DNA of 64,000 nt from Phoronis australis (lineage: Eukaryota; Animalia; Phoronida), in the NCBI GenBank assembly GCA_002633005.1, contig NMRA01000003.1, positions 1,726,503 to 1,790,502 on the forward strand, in the 5' to 3' direction. The position numbers and the translations under genes are program-made. Below, piece by piece: positions 37,801 to 49,100 of the stretch (positions within the stretch are counted from its first letter, which is position 1; each line of letters opens with the position of its first letter). Below the pieces are notes generated by a model. The model was not told where the DNA came from and did no database searches. It worked only from the letters and a program-made list of their open reading frames with translations.

Positions 37801-40800
37801 GACACCAAGTCCAATTTTGACCTATTTACAGAAATTAGAAACTACTTTTCCTCCAGTTCTCTGAAACAAAATAATGTTTTGTAACCCCTGACAAACGGCA
37901 AGCTGTTGGAACAAAATTTGAATACTTATTTCAAAATCTTGATGTGCAAACATGACCTACACTTTAGGCAACTTACATAAAAACTGTTAGAAAGAACACC
38001 CTCCAAGATTCACAATATCCAGTCTTTGACCTAAATAGTATGAGTTTTTTGCTGAATCGTGCGTTTATCATTCAAGTGTGACGCCAATGTTGCATTAGCA
38101 GTTGACAGAACAAGGATTGGCTGAAATCACGAAACAGGGTTTAGTATCCCTTTAAGAGTTCAAAACTAACAGCATAACAAAAGTCATTATTCATTGTAAA
38201 CACAATGTTCCATTTTACTGACTGTTGGGCATTGGTATTTTTTAGCCTTTGTTCATCTGAGGATGCTTTATAACCATTATAAACTTAATATTCTACAATA
38301 ATTTTCCTCTGTATTAAGGTCAAAGAAGTTGTTATTAAGAAAAGATTTGACTGTAGTTTCCGTCCTCTGTGTTGCAGGATGAAAGGTTCTTGAGCTTTGA
38401 AATACTTTGCAACTAAACATTGAGTCTGATTCTCAGCAACAGCAACTGTTTTGAAAGGAGATGTTTTAGACAATTTAGAAGTTGTCTAAGGCTTCATTAG
38501 AATCTGGTCACTTTAGCTGTAAAATAAAGATTTCTTACCTTTTGCAATTCCAGTGATGGTCGACTATATTTGTTTTCACATGATCGAGCATGTTGTTACA
38601 CATGTCACTGTTGTGCGTTGGTTTTCTAGAATGTCAGTATAAACAGTGGTGATGATGAGTTAATGACCATGCCCCTGGAGGGCCCTAGAGAGCCAGGCAT
38701 GTTGTCGGTCAACCAAATACTGGTCAGTTGGTGGAAACTACAGGTAATGAGTGCCGAAGGTGTTGTGAATAATCAAATTAACCAGATCAATAGCAGTATT
38801 AATCTTCAGAACTTTTTTGAATTTAATAACCGTATCTCAGTGGTGTAAGCAGGTTACCAACCAATTGTCCTGGCCGAACGGACTAATCTTGTAGATATCC
38901 ATTGTACAGTAGCTGTTTACTTCTAATCATAGACCTCTACAAAAGTACATGCTTGAACCCTCAAAGAACCCTCTCTTTAATCTGGTTGCTTTGACGTGTT
39001 TTTACCGACTTTTTAGCAAATCAAGCAAAACAATTCCACTTACCATGTTTAGTTTTTTAATACGCACTACCTCACTTAAGTTGTCACCTTCGGTACCATC
39101 ATAAAAGCAGTGACTTATCTTAGTGATGACTGATGCGGAACAAATATGGTATTTGTGTTTTGCATGTAATTGGTAGTGAAGGAAAGGACACGACTCGTGC
39201 AGACTGATGAATTAATTATCTGATGATGAGTTGAGCGAGGCGATATGTACTGCCTTTTGTGATGTCACAGAATGAACATGTGTAACTCCTGAATGAAAGC
39301 AGCAGGAAAATATTTTTGCATTGTGCATTATGGTCTTTTTTGATTAAAATCAAATTTTCAATTCATGAATTGAATTTGATTAAAATATTTCCATTGACTT
39401 CCTCTTAGTCTCTCAGATAGATCAGTTAGGTACCATTTGATAACAGCTACGTAATACACTAACAGTTTTGTAATTGTTTTGTGAAGTTTTTATTGTTCTT
39501 TTAAATCTGTTTTTGAATTCGCGCCCTTTATTTTAGACGTCTCCTCTGATGATCGAACATCCTGGAATTACTATAAGTGATGTATTCAAGTGAATTTGTT
39601 CTCCTGGTTACTGCTGTAAACATTGGTCAATTATTACACTGTATGTCAACACAAGAGCGTGTGTTGGTTTGAAATTGTAATAGGAAGATAGAACCTGCAG
39701 AAGTCAGTATTGTCTTCATCCATATTTGAATGTACGCAAGAATTTGAATGGTACTGATCTGCCTTTGCTGCGTATTATTTGAATTCATTGGATATTTTTT
39801 GTTGGTGTCACTGTATTAGTCTATACATGTATTCTGTTTCAGTGTCGGCTGCACATCTCTTCATTAGCCCTGCAGCGCTGGTTATTTGGTTGGATCGTGT
39901 TCATCACCGTCATCTCAGTGCATTACATTGTAATGTGGCTCAAGCAAGAGCCCACGGTGCTGGAGGTGTTTGAGTTCGTCATACCCATCCTCTTGCTACC
40001 TCTACTGTGCTCGGCATATGCTGAAGTCAACTATGAATGTTCACGTGTACCAAGGGTAGGGAACTTTGTCAGCTGTGTTACAGTCTTCATAACTTATTAT
40101 GTTGCCACCATAATTTTGCCCATTATATACTGAAGTTAACAAAGAATATTTGCATGTTACAAGGCCCCAGTTTTGTAAAAAGCAACTGGACAAAATGCAT
40201 ACCATTGCCCCATGATGATAACCAATGGTTGGTGGTTTACCCAATCAAGACTTGCCACTGTAGCTTTAAAGTCTTCTCATAATCTCCTCATGTTCGTTAT
40301 TAATTTTCTCCATCATTCCTGGGGTGACTACTGCAATGGTGAATTATGGCATTAGGTGCTACATCTCATTTCCCCACTCACAACTATGACTGATTCTTAC
40401 CATTTGGGATTACAATAGCCACTTACCACAGCACTTAAGCTATGTTGCATAAGACTTCAAAATTATCCGCTGGATAAGTTTGATTGTTGCATGATGTCAG
40501 GTGCATTATTCAACAATAACTACATGGCGCGTGATAATGCGAAGTCATTGTTGCTATACGGCGTATAACGTTATGCAACTGGGCCCAGGACTTTTATCAC
40601 TGGCTTCATCTGTTTGGGGATTATAGGGAACAGAGATGGGGGCAGTGATAACTGGTGCCTGTTGGCGGCGACATTCTGCCCCACCCATTTTGACACTGCA
40701 GACTATAAATACTAAATCGGTGTGAAAATTGAACCTTTTCATTGTTTGAAACACAAAAATCAGCAAACTGCAACAGAAGAAAAGGGAAATAATCGCATTG

Positions 40801-43800
40801 CAACTGCTGTTCCTTTATTGATATGTTCCAACCTGCCTGAGCAACATAATGGAATGGCTTAACTTGCGTACATAGTTCTGCTTATCAGAGTGGTATTAAT
40901 AATCTCACTCTAGAGTGCAGTCTTATGTTGGAATGATTATTTATGGGATGTCCTTTAAACAAAATGGTGAAAGGTGTGATTACAGAAAGTTACCTGTCAT
41001 AGTCATATATTGAAGCCACTAGCCTAGTGAAAGATGTGTTTGAAAGAGGAAACAATTAATATATAAACCTGTCCATTCAGAAATTTATACTTGTAGTGAC
41101 AATTGAACAGTGTTTCTGTTTTTATGCATCTCCTTTTTGCATAAATGGGTGCTTGCAGCTGTCATTAACTGCGTGTCCATCATCTACCATCCACCTCTTT
41201 CTCTCCCGACCACAGTTGGATTTGAATTTATGAAAATTTGTGGATAAGTTTCTGTTATGTCGTGTGGAGAGGGGAGTGAAGAAGTCGTCTTTACTCGAAT
41301 AATACTTTATTGCAGACTTTTGTATGTTTTTGCAATTAGGACTAAATGCATATGAACTGTTTGGTAAGTGTTATGTAATAAACCATTCTAAGTGTGCCAT
41401 ATAAGGTAAGTGTAGTTCCAGTAAAACCACGTCGCTATTACAGTTTCTACCAGAAAGACTGAGAACAGAGCCTGCCGTATTTCAGACTTATCAGTCCAAT
41501 TAGTTCTGCTCAGTGGGAATTTTAATACTTTGGTGTTTCGTTTTGGAGTCTGCCTCTCCATCTGTTTGAAGAGCCATGTTGAAATTTCTCATTGTTATTG
41601 GGGATTGTTGGGTTGATGTTGATTTTTGGATGGATTAGACTACTGCTGTGCCCTCTAGTCAGTTTTAGTTTTTGTGACTTCTTGTCTGCCAAGAAATATC
41701 TTTATATTTGACAGATGTGTTTCAAATATGTTTGCCGTTAGTATATGCGAGCACCCATTTGTGTTCAGATGGATGTATTGCGCCCTGTAGTGGCAGATTT
41801 AATTTTTGAAATCAGTCTTATTCTGCCAGACCACTTGAGTTGCCGGTATGGTTTTATTAAAACTAAAATGGCCTTTTCTGTTGATGTTTGTTCAAATCTC
41901 CAAAGTGCATCCCTGTAGTGAGTATCATATTTTTGACACTCATTTTCTGCAAAATCTTTTGAAATTTTTGTAATATGTTTCCAAGACCTCCCCACCTGGG
42001 AGGAAGGATGCCTGTACCATCTGAGAGGGAAATGTATTAGTTGAGGGGAAAATCCTCCCCTTCCTTCTTCCCGGTGACCACCTATTCCGGCAATGCTTCA
42101 AATAGCAAAACTAACTAACCTGAAAGGAAATTTTTAATTGCTTCATGGTGAATTTTGGGCCTGGTGAACATTACATGATTTTTTAAAATTTCTCTTAATA
42201 GGGGAATGAGGGCAATATTCAGCCTCAAAACCAAGGCTTTGAGGGAGCCTGGTTTCTGTTAACAAGATTATTGCACATTCCCTCATGATTTTTCAGACTA
42301 GTGTAATTTGTGCTGTGTGAGGCATTTTTAGGTTTAGTAGTGCTGGTCATTAATGGAAAGTTTAATTATAGAGAGTACCTCTTTTATTTTTCTCATTCTT
42401 CATGCACATGTTGAATGCATATCACTGCTCTGTATTGTTGAAACATCACTGCCTGTATCAGATACTACTGATTTGATGTCCATATCAGTGAAGAACTTTT
42501 TGTTTTATTCAGGCGATTGTACCAATTAGTGAACGACTGCCTCTACTGAGACAGATGCTGCAGCAGCCCTTACAACTGACGGTATGTGTACACTGAGTTT
42601 TTATTACTATTTGCTCTCATTCAGTGGCTATCCCAGACAGTGGTAGAGATAGAGCAATAAAATCTTTCTCTGTTACTTAAATGTCGTTTGTTAATATAGT
42701 TATTGTAATAAAAATGATCCAAGCATAAATGCACATATTTAGCCCCATGCATCCATGTAAAGCTGTATCCTACACCCTGAATTAGATGAATGTGCCTATT
42801 TGTAGTAACAAAAATAGAATTCTATCTCTGTGAGGAATTTGCGGTATTACCGTAGATCCAATGTTATGAGTAAAAGGCCTAATTTACTTTTCATTTTGGC
42901 CTATTAAAAGGGCGAAATGCATCTTTAAACAATGCGATTGGTAGTGTTTTGGTTTACCAAAATTGTTTTCATCTGTTACTTTTCTCCACTTTCGTCGTAA
43001 TTATTTAAGCAAGACAAAATACAAACGAATGGAGCTTACATTTGACTCTTGTGTATACAAAAAATATTTAATGTGCTTGGGTTTTCCTCAAGATGGTTGT
43101 AACTGAATTAGGATACTGATAGCCATGAGGCAACTTCTCCACTAACATTTGGGGTTATGTTGCCCCAACTCCTAAGTGAGCTTAAAGGCGAAGGCAACCT
43201 TTTTTCATGTCATTTTGAGCTAAAATATGGTTGGTTGGTTATCCTAGACATATTTTCCACTTAATTACAGCTTTTCGTAATTTTATTAATTACTCGTCCG
43301 CTACTCAGGAAGTGACGTTTTAGGAGACAAGCGTTTCCCGCCACTTGGTTTTGCGTTGAGTTTACCGTGCGAATCTGTTCTATTCTACTTTTGTTTTGTG
43401 CTGTTTTACAACAATTGTCGCCATCACTTTCCATCGGCGAGTATTCTGCGGCAAGATAGGTTAATAGAGAACTCAACTACGTTGGATTTAGGGATTGTTT
43501 AGTGTGTTGTAAGCTGAAAATGGCTGGAGTCGGTGACCCGTATCACAGTGACAGTAGTGTGAGTGACGGAGACCTTGTTCACAGCAGTGGTGACGAGGAA
43601 TTTTTTCACGGACATTCAGTGGGTGGGTACATGTTTGAGCCCGAGTATAACGAGGCAGAGTACGCACAGGCACAGGCAGCTGTTGAGAGAAACGAGGCGG
43701 CTACTGAGGACAGACGTGGTGACACATCTTGGTGCAAATGCACTGTGTGCGTTGTTATGCCTACCTCAATGGAATGCTTGTGCTGTTCNACGGTAATTCT

Positions 43801-45702
43801 CGACTGCTTTGTACGTTGCGTGGACGGGTAACGCTGCGTTCTTCACACGAACGAGCCAAGTACGGCGAAGTGTGTCATCCATCGGAAAGCGATGCAAAGG
43901 TTCTCCCAAAGCGCGCGTGAGACGATAATTAGTACATCCCGGTACGCAGCAACAGTGTGGCGTGTTGACTGACTAGTAAATGAAAGCAAACGAGGACGGA
44001 ACTTAACACAACCGAGGTAGAACAATGACTGACTCGGCAGCTCTCACAGTCAGACTATATGAAAAGAAATTGACGCGAAATGCTTGCCTCCTAAAACGTC
44101 ACTTCCGGAGTAGCGGACGAGTAATTAACAAAATCCCGAAAAGCTGTAATTAAGTGGAAAATATGTCTAGGATAACCAACCAACCTTATTTTAGCTCAAA
44201 ATGACATGAAAAAAGGTTGCCTTCGCCTTTAAGCCAGACCGAGACTAACCCATCGTAGTCGATTCACAAATTAATGTTTGTGGCTTAGCTGCGCATTGGT
44301 CATTTGCCTTTATACTCATTTTTCGTTTTTGAGTTAGAAAATCTCATGTTAAACAGGCGCCTTGGTTTACGACCCCAATTATCTCATCAGTCAAGCTCAT
44401 GAATAGTGACCAGCTCACTTTAATCTGTGAAGGCACCAGTAAGCTTTTGATGTGCTGCAGAATTTGGTGGATACTTTGGGGTAAACAGCGCACACTTTCT
44501 CGTTCACTTGCGTGCTATTCCTGTTAGATCAAGATTTGCCCAATACCTCTAGTAAAGCTCAAGTGTTTATGTTACTGTCTGCCATTATTCACTTCTCAAG
44601 GTAGACTTTTTAATATTGTGGTTAGATGGCTAGTTCATGAGTCAATTGCATATTGTCCAGTTAATCAAAAAGACGTGCAGACTTTCCTGCACAAATCCTT
44701 ACCACTCGAATATTGACAGCAATTCCAAGGATAACATCTCATGGCAGTATCCACAGGCAATTCATTTGTAGACTGTCATAAACTACCACACTGGACCATG
44801 AAACAAATATGTATCAATTTAGTGTGAGACACGTGAAAATTATACCTAGCTATCAGTCCGATTCACACAGTCATATTTCTTCCCAAAATATAAATCGAGT
44901 TGCATATGTACATCATTTCAATTTAGATCAGGAAACTTTTTTACAAGAGCAATCGTATGCACATTGTATATTCCAAGGGAATATTTGTCCTAAGCTTTTT
45001 TACAAGAGCAATCGTATGCACATTGCATTTTCCAAGGGAATATTTGTCCTAAGCTTTTTACAAGAGCAATCGTATGCACATTGCATTTTCCAAGGGAATA
45101 TTTGTCCTAAACTTTTTTACAAGAGCAATCATATGCACATTGCATTTTCCAAGGGAATATTTGTCCTAAGCTTTTTACACGCTGCTTCTGCCATCAACCT
45201 GCATGGAAAAGTACTGAGCATCCAGTCTAATATTGTACACATATTTACACACCTGGTTTGACAGTAGGAAGTGGCCATGGGTCTCATTAACCAAGTCGCC
45301 TGGAACTACTTCCATACCACACGAGGTCCAGAGGTACATGAATTGCCCGTTTTCGATTTAAGTGAGGCTATGAAATGCAAGATTTCTATAATTTGGTGTT
45401 GAAATTTTTTTTCAAATCCAAGTACTTCTGAACATAAACATTGAAAGTACATTCAAGCAGGTGCTCCAATTGCTCATTGCACCCATATTTGCCCAATTTC
45501 TCATTTCAGATGTTCGATTCACCCTATCACCTGTACGTACATTTCTTTGATGTTTGGTTCACCTGCCACCTATATTGACCATTTCTTTCAGATGTTTGGT
45601 TCACCCGTCAACTATTCAAGCATCGCCACAGTGATCACTGCTGTAGGGATAGCGTTTGCAACCAAGATCATATTCGACGAGTTCTCCAAGAGTCCATTAT
45701 AG
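31821..45702 (+). CDS. Seven-transmembrane protein, gustatory-receptor-like / DUF3537-like (7TM ion channel superfamily candidate), 547 aa, 8 exons
   Basis: Exons 31821-31915, 34467-35164, 35851-35967, 37365-37591, 38630-38743, 39843-40055, 42513-42581 and 45592-45702 total 1644 nt in frame with GT-AG introns. There are seven hydrophobic segments and a long polar loop between TM4 and TM5. The C-terminus is ERLPLLRQMLQQPLQLTMFGSPVNYSSIATVITAVGIAFATKIIFDEF. The exon chain is well supported; the family assignment is inference. Confidence 0.75.
37799..38151. mobile_element. Degenerate TTAA-flanked MITE (Kolobok-like ends)
   Basis: TTAA-AGGACACCAAGTCC ... GGGTTTAGTATCCCT-TTAA; the TIRs are imperfect. 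Confidence 0.45.
41500..41810 (+). repeat. Eroded monomers of the ~140-bp array family in the opposite orientation
   Basis: GTGCCCTCTAGT and GCGCCCTGTAGTGGCA are ~130 bp apart, with TTTTGGAGTCTGCCTCT matching the reverse complement of the monomer. Confidence 0.45.
43520..43788 (+). pseudogene. N-terminal fragment of a KolX / P2X7 C-terminal (ballast)-like cysteine-rich protein
   Basis: An acidic N-terminus is followed by GYMFEPEY and RRGDTSWCKCTVCVVMPTSMECLCC, the W-C-x-C-x-x-C-x-x-M-x-T-x-x-E-x-x-C-C signature. It breaks off at the N at 43789. Confidence 0.8.
43790..43963 (-). pseudogene. THAP zinc-finger N-terminus of a transposase (start codon reads ACG); not in the ORF track
   Basis: Translates (T)PHCCCVPGCTNYRLTRALGEPLHRFPMDDTLRRTWLVRVKNAALPVHATYKAVENYR, i.e. 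THAP C-x-V-P-G-C, HRFP and RR..W motifs. It is truncated just before the expected C-x-x-H-F. Confidence 0.8.
44937..45178. repeat. Minisatellite ~59 bp x4
   Basis: TTTTTACAAGAGCAATCGTATGCACATTGCATTTTCCAAGGGAATATTTGTCCTAAGC repeated four times. Confidence 0.95.
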
Positions 45703-46161
45703 AGTACCAGATGGCACCTCAATCTCAATGATTTTCATATTTTTACAATATGCAATTTTACATACATCCTGTTAATTGTATTTATTGGATAAGGTTTATG
45801 AACTGTTCTTATTTTAAGTAACTAGTTTTGTAGTTGGAATTTTCCATACTTAACGATCATGTTGCCTAACATTTCAACGATTTTAATATTTTATGATATA
45901 TATGTAATTCTACATATATACTATTAATTGTATGGTTTGTTGGTGAAAGTTTGTGAATTGTCCTGAAAAATGTTTATGACTAGTTTAAATAACTGTTTTT
46001 GTGGGTGATTTGCACCTTATTTAATGACCATCTTATATAATGCCTCTTTATAAATTCGATTCAGGCAATGTCTTTCAACCGTTTCGAATGACCTGTCTCG
46101 CACAATAAAACGTTACTGTTAACATGTTTTTTTTGTGTATTTTCAACTTATTTTTTACATT

Positions 46162-49100
46162 TTAAATCATTCTCTTGAGAAGAGCATTAATGGCATCTTC
46201 ACGACAACCAAAGTCACCACCCTCGACAAAGTGGTTGTTCTTCTTTCTCCAACCACCGTTCGGAGTGTTGAGTTTGAAGGGCCACAGGAAGTTGGCTGCT
46301 TCTTTAAAGTTGGGTCCACACGTGAAGATCTCATGGATAAGGTCCTCCATACAGATGATGCCCAGTTTACCTAACAAATATAAACAGTAGGAATGAATAA
46401 ATAAATACGACTGCAGTGAAACCACTGAATACAAATTTAAAGCTTGGCAAAATGACACAACTGCAGTATTTGTGAAAGTTAAGGGAATAACCCAGTAAGA
46501 AAACTGACAAGAAATAACACTTAATCATTTGGCATAGTATTGATATACACCCACTGCATGCTCTGTAAATGGCAGAGATATAAGGGAGCTCAGTTTTTCA
46601 AACACAAGTTACAACTGTCCAAAATTTAGCAGTAATTGTACAGGAAGTTTTGGACTCGGTGGAATTTCACTTGATTTTTAGTATTTTTCACAGGGAACTG
46701 GGCTGATATTCCGCCCCACAACTGAAACACCTAGGGTCCCATCATAACGTTTGAACCATTTCACATCCACAGTGTAGGAGTTAATAATGGTGGCCAGACA
46801 CTGCAAAACTAAGTCTCGGGGTGTATGCTAATCTTACCCAGTTTTTTCTCTATGATGGCGTTGTCTGTCAAGGGTATCCTCTTGTGATCAACTTTACCAT
46901 AACCCCTCTTGTAAATGAGTTCACGCACAGATTTAAGATTTGGGTACCTAAGGAGTAAACAGGAAAATTCTGAATAAAAGATTCTCTTTTTAACATTCTG
47001 GTTACATAAACAACATGGCTGCTGCATTCATAATTTCACTTCACAGACCCAATAAACTCGGTTAGTTCACTGACTCACAAACATCACCCAACCACCAAAC
47101 ATAGTGCTAACTCGGAACATGACTTATGCACTCAGAACTTGTTCCCCGAGTCCTAAACATGGCTACCCGACTGTCCATGCTCCGGGTGGTATGTGCGCTG
47201 CGCAATTTCTTAGGATACGCAAGAAGTTTTTTGCAATCGGTACTGAAATGATTTCATGGGATCCATGATCTGTTATAAATGAAGGAACTACGTTTAAAGC
47301 CTATCTTGAATTGTAACACCTGTAAATTTGGTTCCAACAGTATGTTAAGAGCATTGCTCTGAGCCCACTAGTGCCATAAATTGCCTGTAACGAACTGTTA
47401 GGCGTATTGGCTTGCTCTTGTCTACGTAACCGTGAGAATCACCTTTTAATTCAAACAGCTGTGAACACCCGCACACAACGGTGTCCTATTCAGACTCCTA
47501 TTCAATACAACTGTTATCGGCCTTTTGTTGTTTGTGCTGGAATCTCGCGGTGACACAACATGGCACGAAATGGTAGCTTCAGGGCTTGGAATTTTGCGCG
47601 GAAACGCGATTTCCGCTTTTTTCAAATGTGCTTTCCGCTTTTTTTATAATATTTCCGCGTAAAAAAAAAATCGGATTTGATATAAAATTTCCGCGGCAAA
47701 TTCCTTTCTTACCGCGGCGTTGCAGACGACGTTCACCTCGAAAAGCGGAAGTTGCTCTTTATGTTTCGGAGGAACGTAAATTGTCAACATTGCCGGGGCA
47801 TCTGGGACAGCGTGGTGGGATTTTCAATGGCGTCTCGTGTTATTGTTAAGCGCGGCGACAAATACTACCGCTCTGCAGCCAAAAATGTGTNNNNNNNNNN
47901 NNNNNNNNNNNNNNNNNNNNNNNNNNNNNNNNNNNNNNNNNNNNNNNNNNNNNNNNNNNNNNNNNNNNNNNNNNNNNNNNNNNNNNNNNNNNNNNNNNNN
48001 NNNNNNNNNNNNNNNNNNNNNNNNNNNNNNNNNNNNNNNNNNNNNNNNNNNNNNNNNNNNNNNNNNNNNNNNNNNNNNNNNNNNNNNNNNNNNNNNNNNN
48101 NNNNNNNNNNNNNNNNNNNNNNNNNNNNNNNNNNNNNNNNNNNNNNNNNNNNNNTTAACCACAGGTGCTCGAATTTCTCGATGGCTAATAACCATATATA
48201 AGAAACATATGTTTTCTTAGTAATGAATGACGTTAGTGGTGATGGAGGAACAGATAAACTCAAGCGCCTGTGCAGTCTACCACAAGAACAAAAAAAATTA
48301 CGGGTGGTTGCATTTCAAACTTATTAAAAATTACGGGTGGTAGGCTGAAGAAATAAATGAAAAATATGGGTGGTGGGTGCGAAAAAAAGGTGCCTTCCCC
48401 CCCTCCCATACAGATTTTACTGGAACAGCCCTGATGGTGGTAACCTTTTTTTTTCTTTTTTTTAGTCCTCCCGATTTTTGTCGGGGAAAGGTTCACATTG
48501 ATCATTTCAAGGCTGGTTATCGGGCATGATTTGGGCCGTAAAAGTTTCAAAGTTTCCGCGTTTTTTGTCATTGGTCATTCCAAGCCCTGTAGCTTCCCCT
48601 GTCATCCGACAGGCTTAAATTTGCGTGATTGTACTCGCGTTTTCTTATATTACTAAGGCTTTGCTAGGGCTGTCTGGTTAGCCCAATACATCTTAAATCA
48701 CAAAATTCGCTGAAGTTAAGCTTGATGTAGGCGCCAGCCATATTGCTCAGGTAACCAGACATTGCAATTAGGATTCAATATCAGCAAACAATCAGATAAC
48801 TTACTCGTAGATGAACAGTCCTGTTTAACTGTCCCGCTAACTTATGCAATTCAGTTACCTATAGAACAATTTCCTCTTTACAGAGGTAGGAAAATACACA
48901 CAGTACAACTTACATAACAGATAGTCAGGCGATTTCGATTCAAGTTGAATACGAAATGTTACTTTTTGTATTCGCAATGCATGCAATCACCATTAAGTGT
49001 AACTGTAAATTTCAAAGTACTCTGGTTTCAACAACACCAACCAACTTTGAATCAACTTTGTGTAAAGTATGCTAGGCTACATCATCCTAACAACACCGAG

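Larger units (their letters stand above)
43186..44228. mobile_element. Kolobok-superfamily DNA transposon, internally deleted or assembly-collapsed
   Basis: TTAA TSDs at 43182-43185 and 44229-44232, ~150-bp near-perfect TIRs beginning AGGCGAAGGCAACC, and convergent KolX-like and THAP ORF fragments. Confidence 0.9.

Noticed and set aside
44809-45261. 150-aa ORF with internal repeats
   Set aside because: It is a translation of the 59-bp minisatellite inside an intron.
47131-47240. Second H/ACA or C/D snoRNA candidate in RPL7 intron 4
   Set aside because: It has a hairpin, an ATACCA hinge and ACA, but the 5' pocket is nearly absent, the first hairpin is weak, there is no C box and no target was found.
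47752-48263. ORFs spanning the second N gap
   Set aside because: Gap artefacts inside a non-autonomous transposon.
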